Shown: positions 53,120 to 64,000 of the stretch, piece after piece
Layout of the letters: each line of letters begins with the position of its first letter
Numbering within the stretch: the stretch's first letter is position 1
Source: Amoebophrya sp. A120
Taxonomy: Eukaryota; Protista; Dinoflagellata
Assembly (NCBI GenBank): GCA_905178155.1
Contig: CAJINV010000003.1
Coordinates: 8,313,117-8,377,116 of the forward strand
DNA: 64,000 bases
Direction of reading: 5' to 3'
Program-made: the position numbers and the translations under genes
The notes under the pieces: generated by a model
The model's input: the letters and a program-made list of their open reading frames with translations, nothing else
Databases searched by the model: none
Told to the model about the DNA's origin: nothing

Positions 53120-55641
53120 GGCATGGCCACGATCCGGCACCGGCGCGGCTGGCAGGTTGGCCCTTGCCGCCATCTTGCATGCTGGTACTGGCGGGGCCGC
53201 GATCTGGCGGCGGGGGGCGGGCATGATCGGGCACCGGCTTGGCCAGGGTCTGGCACCGGCTTAGCCAGGGCCTGACACCGGCGTGGCCAGGGTCCGGCAC
53301 CGGCTTGTTGGCTGGCCTGGCCATGATCTGGCACCGGAAGGCCGGCAGGCTTGGCCGTGTATGATCTGGCACCGGCTCGGCTACAACCTGGCACCGGCTT
53401 GGCCATGATCTGGCGCCGGCTTGTCCACGACCTGGCACTGGCTTGGCCACGACCCGGGGCCGGCTTCGCTTGGGCGTGATCTGGCGCCGGCTTGGCCATG
53501 ATCTGCCTGGCACCGCCTTGGCCGCGACCCGGCACCGGCTTGCCTGGCAACGACCTGGCACCGGCGTGGCCATGATTTGGCACCGGCTTGGCCATGATCT
53601 GGCACCGGCTCGCTTGGTCGCGACCTGTCTGGCACCGGTTCGGCGATGATATGGCGCCGGCTTGGTAACGACCCACCTGGCACCGGCATGGCCATGATCT
53701 GGCAACGGCCTTGCCGCTACCTGGCACCGGCTTGGGCGTGATCTGCCTGGCAACGGGTTGGCCATGATCCGGCACCGGCGGGCCTGGCCACCAGAATCAC
53801 TCGGAACCGGCCTGGCCATGATCTGGCACCGGCGGGCAGGGTGGCAGACGGTGGCAGGCGAGGGCATGATCTGGCACCGGTTTGGCCACGGCCTGGCGCC
53901 GGCAGGCTTGTTTGGCCTGGCGGTTCGGACCGCGTCCCGGCGCCAGCGACCCGGGCCATGATCTGGCACGCACCGGCAGGCTTGGACACGGACGACCTGG
54001 CGTCGGCTTGGCCACGCCATGATCTGGGTGGCACAGGCTCGCCCATGATCTGGCACCGGCTTTGTCATGATCTGCCGGGCACCGGCCGGGGGGGGGGGCT
54101 TTGCCCCGATCTGGCACCGGCCGGCTAGGCTTGGCCGTGTATGATCTGGCATCCATCGGCAGGCTTGGTTTGGCCATGATCTGCCACCGACCGGCCTGGC
54201 CACGACCGGGCACCGGCAGGCTTCGTCAGGAAGGATCTGGCACCGGCTTGGCCGCGGCCTGGCATTGGCTTGGCCAAGATCTGGCACCGGCTCGGCAATT
54301 ATGATGTGGCGTTGGCTGGCAGGCTTGGCTGGCAGGCTTGGCTGGCAGGCTTGGCTGGCAGGCTTGGCTGGCAGGCTTGGCTGGCAGGCTTGGCTGGCAG
54401 GCTTGGCTGGCAGGCTTGGCTGGCAGGCTTGGCTGGCAGGCTTGGCTGGCAGGCTTGGCTGGCAGGCTTGGCTGGCAGGCTTGGCTGGCAGGCAGGCTTG
54501 GCTGGCAGGCCATGGCCCGGCACCGGCGGGCTTGGCCATGACCTGGCACCGGCAGGCTTCGCCACGACCTGGAACCGGCCCGACCCTGATCTGGCACCGG
54601 CGCGGCCACGACCTGGCTCCGCTGCGGCTTCGCTGCGGCGTTGTTACTTCGAGGCCGCGCTGCTTCGAGGTTTTATTTGTTGCGGCTTCGAGCGGCCTGC
54701 GCTGCGGCTTCGAGGCTTCGCTGCGTCTTCGGGGCTTCGCTGCGGCTTCTAGGCTTCGCTGCGGCTTCGAGCCGTCGCTGAGGCTTCGGGGCTTTGCTGC
54801 GGCTTCGGGGCGTCGCTGCGGCTTCGAGGCTTCGCCGCGGCTTCGAGACTTCGCTGCGGCTTCGAGGCTTCTATCTTCGCTTCTATCCTCGATTCGGGGC
54901 TTCTTTGCTTTAGGGCGCCTCTCTTCGCTTCGGGGCATCTCTCTTCGCTTCGCGGCTTCTTTGCTTCGGGGCTTTTATCTTCGCTTCGGGTCTTGGCCAT
55001 GGTTCGGCTTGGCCATGCTGAATGGCCCGGCACCGGGTCGCCTCGGCCATGGTCCGGCACCGGCTCGGCTTGGCCATGCATGCTCCGGCACCGGCTCGGC
55101 TTGGCCATGCATCGTCCGGCACCCACCGGCTCGGCTTGGCCATGCATCGTCCGGCACCCACCGGCTCGGCTTGGCCATGCATGGTCCGGCACCGGCTCGG
55201 CTTGGCCATGCATAGTCCGGCACCGGCTCGGCTCGGCCATGGTCCGGCACCGGCTTGGCCTTGCCAGGGTCCGGCACGCACCGGCCCGGCCTTGCCATCC
55301 ATGGTCCGGCATGCACCGTCTCGGTCTGCTCATGGCCCGGCACCGGCTCGCCTTGCTTGGCCATGGTCCGGCAGGCACGCACCGGCTCGGCTTGGCCATG
55401 GTCCGGCACCGGCCGGCGCGGCTTCGTCGAGGCTTTACTGCTTCGGGGCCCCGCGGCTTCGGGGCTTCGCGCGTTGTTTCGTACGTTGTTGCGCCGTGGC
55501 TTCGTGCGTTCGTTGCTGCTTCGAGGCTTCGTATGTTGCTGCCTCGAGGTTTCGTACGTTGCTGCCTCGAGGCGTCGCGCGCTGCTGCTTCGGGGCCTCG
55601 CACGCTGCTGCCTCGAGGTTTCTCACGCTGCTGCCTCGAGG
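53120..55641. repeat. GC-rich compound satellite
   Basis: Degenerate ATCTGGCACCGGCTTGGCC units; a 13-bp GGCTGGCAGGCTT tandem of about 14 copies (54313-54510); GCGGCTTCG units; CATGGTCCGGCACCGGCTCGGCTTGGC units. Confidence 0.95.
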
Positions 55642-55741
55642 NNNNNNNNNNNNNNNNNNNNNNNNNNNNNNNNNNNNNNNNNNNNNNNNNNNNNNNNNNN
55701 NNNNNNNNNNNNNNNNNNNNNNNNNNNNNNNNNNNNNNNNN
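55642..55741. other. Assembly gap (100 N)
   Basis: Run of N. Confidence 1.
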
Positions 55742-55900
55742 CATTCTTTGTTTTCGTTTTTCGTTTTCATTCTTTGTTTTTATTCTTTGTTTTCGTTTTT
55801 CGTTTTCATTCTTTGTTTTCGTTTTTCGTTTTCATTGTTCGTTGTCGTTTTTTGTTTTCGTTTTTCGTTTCCATTGTTCGTTTTCGTTTTTTGTTTTTAT
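55742..55900. repeat. T-rich simple repeat (TTTTCG / TTTTCATTCTTTG)
   Basis: Directly visible tandem units. Confidence 0.9.
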
Positions 55901-56926
55901 TGCGGAATACTATTAAATAATGGGTTTTCTGACTTTTCGCTAGTCATGGTAGAGATTTTGCGAGGGTTGCGCCGCTGCCACAAGCTTTATTTCTGCATGA
56001 CAAACAAAGAGATGAAAAGAAAAAAGACCTAAAAGTTATTTTTGCTTCCCACTGTTGATTCGAGCGCTAGGACGAGCTCCTGTTCGTGTAGTACTTTGAG
56101 TTTATTACAACTTCTTGTTCTCATACTTGGAGTTTCACCTCAACAAAGGGAAGAGCATGAGCTTCCCACATACTGATTAACTGCAACTTTGACTATAAAT
56201 GAATCACCAGAAGGTTAAGTTTTCGTTTTGGCGTTACTGTTGGTTGCACGGAAAAATTGTGTTTACTCGACGAAGACGAACTCCACATAAATTGTGATGT
56301 CTGAGTCTGATAAGCTGCTCTTATACTTTACAAAAAAGAAGAACCCCTTTCCCTTGCCTCTGGCTCTGACGGAGAGAGCCGGCGCTGCGATGCATGGGCG
56401 TAGCCGTAAGTTTCTTAGTAATTAGAAATTGACTATGATATTAGTGCCACCTCGGTCGTGGCATTAATGTGAAGCAGGGATGAATAGGTGAAAAGTTTGC
56501 ATGATCAATCCCATGATGACGAGAACTTCATTTGTTTGATCGCAATTCGAATTGTACTTGTAGATCATGCTACTTCTTTTTTGAGATCGAATCGTGGTTG
56601 TTGGTGAAGCAGCAGATGCTAAGCAGATGCTAAAGAGGAGGTAATTGCAGCGAAAATGATTAGTCGAGAAGTTTGTTGTGTTTGGATTGATGGAGATGAG
56701 ATGAGGGTGAGTGGCACCAGAGTCGATTAATCGTCTGTCATTCTTGATGTGTGATCGTTGGTAGGTGAGTGTAGTGAGTGTCAGAGTGTATACCTAATTT
56801 AAGTACTTAAAAGGGCAAGGCGAATGTATGAGGTCGTGATGTGCAGAGTTCTTCTGATTCTTCTGAACAATCTCAGATGGTGATTGGATTTGCAGCTGAG
56901 GCGGCCTGCAAAGAAGTTACGCAACT

Positions 56927-59900
56927 ATGCAGTTCTTTTCACGCAGACGCAGCAGACACATGACGGATTTTGGGGACGATGACGTTGACGATATGATCAG
57001 AACAAGGGACGTAGTAGATAAACAGCGGCAGAAGTACGCGGATTTGTCACCTCCTAGCAGCAGGATCATAAAGAGAACACGAGCGTCAGAGACGCCAGCA
57101 CCTCCTGCGAAGATGTCCACTACAGCTGCACGGCGTACTAGCAGGTGGTCTACTTCTAGAAAGTTTTCATCTTCGGCTTCACCTAGTAGTATTTTTGCGG
57201 CTTCACCCTGCAGCGGTGCCATGGCGGCGCTGCTGGGAGTGAAGGGCTCCGTCTTGCTGTGTGCTGGGTCGTTTTCGTCACTTCTCATGAGAGCCGTCGG
57301 TGCCGTCTTCCTCCAGGAATACCAGACGTCTTTTCGACCCCAGATGCGGCGGGATCTGTCCGACCCTGAGGCAACGGTGCCCGTGGCCCAATTCTACGGC
57401 ACAGTTACAGTGGGAAACCCGCCACAGGAGTTTGAGGTGGTCTTTGACACGGGGAGTGGCAATCTGGTGATTCCATCGGACTACTGCGTCGAGGAGGCCT
57501 GCACTGTGCACCACCGCTTTTCGCCCGCGGCTTCAACCTCCTCCGTCCAACTGCTAGACCTGCAGGGAACCGTGTTTGACACGGATCGCGGTACTAGTTC
57601 ATCCTCCGACGGCGCGGACGAAGCTGATGATGCGACCGCTGCTGGCGCGAGCCCCCTCGAGGCGTCCTCTTGGTTCCACTGGCCCGGTACTGCTAGTGTA
57701 TCCAGCATGCTCTACGACTCATCATCTTCATCGTCAAGTACATCTGGGAACATCAATTCTAGGAGCAAGCCGCGGTCGGCCTTACTCGCAGGAACAAGCG
57801 GAACATCATCAACTTCCATTGGCTCTACTAGTGGCTCGTCCTCGTCCGGCAGCGAGGTGACCCTCGCGCAGAGAAGCATGGACGAGAAGAGTAGCAAAAA
57901 AAGGATCGAGTCTCCGGGACAGAAGTTGGCCCGTGATCGACGTGTCGCTCAGTTGGAACGCCTCCGGGACACGTATCGTAGAAATAAATCTTGTCCACCC
58001 CTGGGCTCACTTTTATATTCAAACACCGATTTCTATTTCTTGCGCTGTACATTTTTCCTGCATAGATAACTCAAAGATACAGAGGAATCAATAGCAGGAG
58101 GGCGTCTGTCTCTACAACTTCTGCTCTATGTTAAAACGCATCTTTTTTACAGATGGCCTGCAGCAAGCACCTTGTTCTAGCTCAAGCTCTTTCTTCCCGC
58201 CTAAGCAGGCCACAAACTCTTCTGCATAGCAAAAAACTCTCCGTTTGTGAAGTACTTTTACGTGATGTGTCATGGGGTTGGGGACCACGAGGGGGGAATT
58301 TTCCTCACAATAACGCGACGACCATCACGTACGGAACCGGGAAGATTACCGGGAACTACATGCAGGACGCCCTCTGCCTGGGCTCTAGCCACTGTACTCC
58401 AGTGGCTTTTCTCGGCGTGAAGGAGGAGAGTCGGTTTCCCTTTGGGGATCTGCCGTTTGACGGAATCCTCGGCTTGTCGCTGCCGGAGCTCAGTGCCAAC
58501 GCTAAGTTTAACGTACCAACCTATCCTGAGGAAAAACCCACCCACACCAGAGTTGTAATGCAGATTTGCAAAGAGAGGAAGACTTGTAATGCGCATCCCC
58601 ATGAGAGCCATTTCCAATCGACGTGTTTTGGAATTTGTGACGCTGTGAACAGGATGAGCAGATGAATCTGTGATGCGGCTGCACTTGCTAGCCTGCACTA
58701 CACTGCATAGCGCAACTTGTCATGCGTGACTCACAAAACTCCTAGGCTTGTGTTGCAAAATCCCCATCCTGACTCTGGTGTGGGTACGTTTTTACTCAGG
58801 ACACAACCGCCTTCGCGCCCTCGCACTTCACTTTTCTTCTCGGGATGCAGAAGCCAGAAGTCCTGGTACTGCCAGCATTCTCTTGCTGCATATTTCATCG
58901 CACTTTATACAAGAAGCAATTAGTCGTGAACTGTGTTTCGCTTCAGACTTACTAGTCCAAAAGAACATATGTATCAAAATTTCACCGGACACCTTTGCTC
59001 AGGTTTGCATTTCGACAAAGTCAAATGAAAATACTTTTACTTATGAAAATCTTCGGCATCGTCCATGGATTTACGAAAAAAATGTACTAGTTGTCAGAGA
59101 ATTATAAAATGCATCACGTAGCTAGATGTAGATGTTGCTCTTTGCAGGTACAAGTGAAAAGCAAGCAGTTAATAGAACAAGTGATGTGCAGGATCCATTA
59201 AACGCAGTAGCTTCTGTTTTCACAACACAGATAGACCTCGAACAAGCGCAGTCGTGTTGAATGAGCAGCGAATGCAATTTGTTTGATTTGAAGGTAAACG
59301 AGTTGCCTGATGAGGAGCGTCACCTAGAGGAGGGGTTGGAGTGGGCGCCGACTCTACCCGACGCAGCTGGGTACTGGGCCGTCGGCGTACAGAAAGTTCG
59401 TGTGGGTGAACAAGAGCTTCAGAATCCCGTCGCATCTCGCATCGCGTTGGACACAGGGTCAAGTCTCTCGATGGGCCCGACCAGCGACCTGGGGCAGCTG
59501 CTCGAACTGATCGGGCCCTGCCACGCGTCACGAGGAGGTTTGAAAACGCTTTCGACCGTGGAGTTTGTGCTTGACAGCGGGTATCATTTGGTCGCTTTGG
59601 TTTTCGTTTCTTTGAATGACAATGTAAGTACGTAGTTTCTTGTTTGTGTCTTCGTCTTGAATTTGCATCTTCATTTTCCCAACATCCTCAACATCGCACC
59701 AACAGCCACGTTGTGAGTTGTTGCGTCAAGCGATGAAGGTGCGAAAAGTAAGAATGAGTTTAAAATCATTTATTCAAACAGGAAAGTGATATCTTTGCCA
59801 CCGGAAGCGTACGCATTCGAGAGCGACAAAAATGGATGCGGTCTGGCGTTGCACAACATCGACTTGCCTTCGGAATTGAAACCCATGTGGATATTGGGTC

Positions 59901-61038
59901 AACAATTTTTCCGCCACTATGCAGCGGTTTTTGACATCCAAAACCGTCGCGTCGGACTCGCTCCGCTGAAGAAGGACATGAAAATGGCACAACGGGACCT
60001 GTTCTTCGGTATCGGTACGACTACGACAGGACAAGACCCACCTCCGGCGAGTGCTACCTCCGGGACGACTCCGGGGACAGCTAGCCGCTCCTCGACCGCA
60101 ACTGCCCGTCGCGGCCAGGTTGGTCACCCCAGTTCGTCTCTAGTTCAGCACGCACTCAAACCTCGGCTTGCACCCGGGCTAACCTATGCTGAAGATGTGG
60201 TGAGCTCCGCGAGTACACCTGGTGCAACAGGGGCGGTTTCCGGGATAGATATATCCCGCAGAAAAACAGTAGCACATGGACGATTTACATTTTTTCTAAA
60301 AATGGTTTGCACGAAAAGAATCACACACACGCTATGGCGATACAAAAGATACTTTGCATGATCGCGGAGATGAAGAACAACGGGGGCGGGGCTGGGCGTA
60401 CCATCTTCAAATCAAACGTGCTGGAGAATGTATGTGTTAGCTGTTTTTCTTTATGATGCGGCAAAGGCTTCTTGACCATAGCCGACGAGGTGCAGGACGA
60501 CGAGGGGAATAGGCAGGCTACCTCGCCTGTTGAAAGTAGTAGGAGTGCTTCCGCTTCTTCGCGTAAAGCTTTAGGGGGCTCTCGCGGCCGGGGTGCGCGA
60601 GTGGGACCACCGCCGAGAAGATACGTCACGCGCCCGTCTTCAGCGTCCGCCCCGACCTTGGGGTCCTCGTACAACAGTCCTGCCCAGGGTAGGGCGAGCA
60701 TGAGCAAAGCCAAAGTCGGGCTCATTGGATTAAGCAACGGTTTGGCGGAACTCGAACGAAACGCCTACGGATTGACCCATGCGCTGGCAGAGAGCTGCGA
60801 CTCCGGAAAGCCGATTGGTCGAACTCCCATGCCGAAATGCCAATACTTCTCCACCTTCGATTTTTGCAAGCGTGAACCTGCCCTGGCCTTCCATTTCTGC
60901 GCGCGCAGTTGCGGACTCTGTGGCGAGGAAAGAATACCCCCAAAAAAAGTTGTACACCCACACCCGCCAGATGAACAAAATTCAACTAAAATTTGTGTTG
61001 CTCAAAAAGCTAAAGTTGTCCTTTCACTAAAAACTTAA
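56927..61038 (+). CDS. Pepsin-family (A1) aspartic protease with C-terminal ShKT-like domain
   Basis: QFYGTVTVGNPPQEFEVVFDTGSGNL, flap TITYGTG, FDGILGL, second catalytic IALDTGSS, WILGQQFFRHY..FD..NRRVGLA; tail C..C..C..CARSCGLC. Introners at 57974, 58522 and 60252; GT-AG introns at 58866-59293 and 59581-59781. Start and extreme 3' end uncertain. Confidence 0.88.
57974..58312 (+). mobile_element. Introner, family B
   Basis: Right end GAGGGGGGAATTTTCCTCACAATA is shared with the ends at 22559 and 4674. TSD ACACG/ACGCG. Removing 344 nt restores D(T/A)TTITYGTG. Confidence 0.85.
58522..58803 (+). mobile_element. Introner
   Basis: TATCCTGAGGAAAAACCCACCCACACCAGAGT / ACTCTGGTGTGGGTACGTTTTTACTCAGGACA. 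TSD CAACC at 58517-58521 and 58804-58808. Confidence 0.9.
60252..60458 (+). mobile_element. Degenerate introner
   Basis: TATCCCGCAGAAAAACAGTAGCACAT / ATGTGTTAGCTGTTTTTCTTTATGATG. TSD eroded. Element + 5 = 212 nt joins ORF 59786 to ORF 60472 in frame. Confidence 0.65.
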
Positions 61039-64000
61039 ACTTCGTAACGTCGCGGAGACCAAATCCAAAGAATGGCATTTTTTTGGATGCAAAATGGAAT
61101 TATCAGATTTTGATTTTGATTTACTTATATCCAACATATCATGCATGCACGTGCTAGCTGGCTAGCGACTAGAGGGGTATCGAAAAAGTTTTCCATGCTG
61201 AAGAGCCAAGAAAACGAAAAGCAAAAGCATAAGAAAAAAAATCGCATATGCAAATTTGTCTGCATTTCTGATTCCTGTGGTGGCATCCTGCCAATGGATT
61301 ACTGAAACAATTGTTTGCATGGACCCCCTGCTAGGTTTGCGCGCACAATTAGAAGTGCGTAACCTGTTCCACTTACGTCCGAATGAAAAAATGCACCGTT
61401 GACAATGTTTAGGTTACGTGGCAACACAAATATGAATTTGTATCATGCCTAGTAGGCATGATACAAGTACAAGCAGTACTTGTACCTGTCCTGGTAAGTA
61501 GGGGTGTAGGGGTACTTTTCTGGAGGATAACGAAGCATTTCTCCGAAAGGAATGAGCAAGGAGATTCAGATCTAATCGGCACGAGTGACGAACCAATTGT
61601 AGAGCATTCTGGTCTATTATCAGAACTAGATCTTCATCTTGAAGAGCGAAACAGTCTACTGAATTTCGCTCTAGGTCGTCTAATTCTAACTCTAGAATGC
61701 GACTGCGTGCAGGCCGGTCTCAACTCACGGCAATCACTTCGATCGAACTAAAAGAGGCAAGAATGGTATTGCGCTAGTATGTACGACTACGATATCGTCT
61801 CCATCGGTAGATAGATATAATTGAAGTGGCCTCGACCTGGCGCATAAAGAAACCGCGATCGGATGATGAGCTGGAAGAGGAAAAGCACTTTTGTAACGTA
61901 CATTACAATTTTCTTCTTCTTCTGCAGATTATGGTGGTCTTGCTGGTGAATGGTCGAAGTGGTAGTGAGGTTGTTGCTCATCTGCCTGGGATGTTCCTGA
62001 CAGAGTAAAACAAACTAGGCGCGGAGTTGCTAGGTGCTTCGTCTCGAAGACAGAACGACATCGAAAAGCTGATGAGAACATTTTTTTCCGAAACGTCGAA
62101 AAATATGGTGGCAAAAGAAACCACTTTTACGTTTACCATCATCAAAGATTGGCTGCAGGCAGAGCCGGGGCTGGGCCTCTCCGTTTCTGAAGTTTCAGTT
62201 GAGTTGTTCTGAGGGCTAGCCACTTGTGCTGTTGTTCAGATCATGAAGCACGACCTAAAAGCAGGAATAAACGCAAACACGAACACTTGACGCAACAAGG
62301 TCTGTTTGACTCTTTCTGTTTACAGCTTGATCGCCGGTTCTTCCAGGAAAGGACCTACTACCAGTTCACACACTACGACAGAGCTCCGAGGTCAAGCAGA
62401 GCGCCTAGAGCAGGTCTTATCCGTAGTCATTTTTCCACAGAGGAAAAACACAATATTAGAACGAATACGATGAAATCAAAATGCTAGTTGTACTCTTTTA
62501 CTTTTTTCATTTCATCATCGTCAAAGTCAAGGCGATCACCACATTTATGTGTGTGAGCGAGGGAGTGGCGTCTGTGCAAAAAGCTACTCAGTTGTCGTAA
62601 TATTATCGAGATCCAAAACTACAGAAAAGCAATCATTCCATCTTTATTTCTGACAACATGACCAACGCAGCCGATGATATTTGATGATAATAATTCTGAT
62701 TGAGTATTCATGCTAGAGAACCACCCAGCTGGAGGTCTTTGCCGTTCATCGGATCCTACAAAGTGGTAAAAATCAGGAAGCTCAACATGCATCTGAACGT
62801 GTTGTTGTGCTCTGCAAGAGAAGTGAAGGATCACAATCTAATGAGCACGACCAGCACGAATTTGAACTTTCGATTTCGAAAAGCAGCGCCCGCCCCTGGT
62901 GGGAAGGGAAGTCGTGACAGGGGCCTTGTGCCCAGATGCGCTACTAGAAGTAGACGCATCGAATCGCGCAAACTAAGCGGCAATACGCCGCTGCTCCTGG
63001 CGAGTGAAGAAGGGCGGCGCCCGCAATCCTGCGCGCGATCCCCCTACCCCTGGTGGGTGTTCTCTTCTTGAAGAAGAGCCCCGCTCTGGAAGCGGGCGAG
63101 CCTTGCAGGCTCCTGGTGAGCAGGCGAGGCGCCTCGCCGTCTCTTTTGGGTGAGATGGTTGTGGGGCTTCGGCCGGCTTAACCTGAACAGCCCAGCGCCA
63201 CACCCTGCCCGACCACTCCGAGGATGGCCCTCGGGTGTGTTGCCGCGTCGTGTGCAAAGAGGCCCGGCATGGTGTGTCCCTCTCGGCCTTCGGCCGAATT
63301 AGTGGGCACGCTCGCACCGCCGTAAGCCCTAGCGCCCTACGCCGCGCGCAGCAGCTTGCGGCACTTCCCGGGGATGGAAGGAAGCGGTGGGGCCTGCGCT
63401 ATTCGGGAAAGCCGCGGCGGGCACCCCCAGCCCCCTGGCGGGGCCGGCGCCGCCCTTCTTGACGAAGGGCGCCCGCCCGCGCGCGCGCCGCCCATGGCGG
63501 AGAAGGGCCGCGCCCTTCCCGCACAGATAGTGTCCGGCCTAAAGTCAGACGACAATTAAAGGACGCGCCCAGGTAGCGCGAATCGGGATCCTTTCGCCGT
63601 AGTATAATCAATCTGTGTTGCCCACCTGGTGTGCGCCCTCTGATTCATTGGTGCTACTATACGGAACGAGTGCAAGAGCCGGTCTGCCAAGGCCACAAAC
63701 CTCCAGCGCGCTGTTCTCCTCCAGCTCTCGCCACTTGATGTGGCGACTGCGTAGGAGGGTTACGTTTCGCCGGGCCTCCACAGCCTCGCTGTCCGGCGGG
63801 TTGCTGCAAGTATAGCAGGGCTAAAGAGCGGGCGCCGCGTCTGTTTGAAACAAGAGCGGATCAAATACAATACAATTTCGAAAAGCAGCCGCCACGCGTG
63901 AAACTACAATTGGCGTCTCACGGTCTCATTTTTCTGGTTCATGTTATAGTTATACATACCTCCAAGACCGCACAGTTTCACACATTGTACGCGAGTTTTC

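Larger units (their letters stand above)
53006..55916. mobile_element. Putative TIR element filled with minisatellites
   Basis: 15-bp perfect IR TTAATAGTATTCCGC (53006-53020) / GCGGAATACTATTAA (55902-55916) brackets all the repeat arrays. The link crosses an N gap. Confidence 0.6.

Noticed and set aside
53038-56032. Long ORFs (621, 336, 331, 316 aa and others)
   Set aside because: They are by-products of stop-poor GC satellites and the N gap, are open on both strands, and show no domain.
62860-63600. GC-rich segment, possible repeat or RNA gene
   Set aside because: No TIR, TSD, rRNA/tRNA motif or credible ORF could be identified by eye.

Overview
Eukaryotic, intron-rich genomic DNA. The gene content and intron style suggest an alveolate, most likely the parasitic dinoflagellate Amoebophrya (Syndiniales); this is inference. 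About 16 protein-coding genes are all on the + strand: kinesin, PH-domain protein, MYND finger, glutathione reductase, PDI, a divergent histone H2A largely missed by the ORF track, a FASTK/RAP-type repeat protein, NHP2, a two-pore K+ channel with EF hands, a RING-H2 protein, an aspartic protease-ShKT fusion and several hypotheticals. The dominant signal is a second intron system beside about 18 canonical GT-AG introns. Nineteen non-GT-AG insertions (151-858 bp) interrupt exons. They are bounded by terminal inverted repeats, mostly TAT-N5-G-N-AAAA...TTTT-N-C-N5-ATA, and by a 5-nt target-site duplication (10 perfect, 4 with one mismatch, 5 eroded). Removing element + 5 nt gives an in-frame join in all 19 and rebuilds conserved motifs (H2A helix, RING CxxC, EF-hand loop, pepsin flap). 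They fall into several sequence families and resemble the introners reported for Amoebophrya; no transposase is visible here. Other features: two insertions bounded by unusually long (38 and 51 bp) exon duplications, a 307-bp foldback element with TG..CA ends and a 5-bp TSD, and a satellite-filled TIR element spanning an assembly gap. All splice models were derived by eye from DNA and need RNA-seq confirmation.
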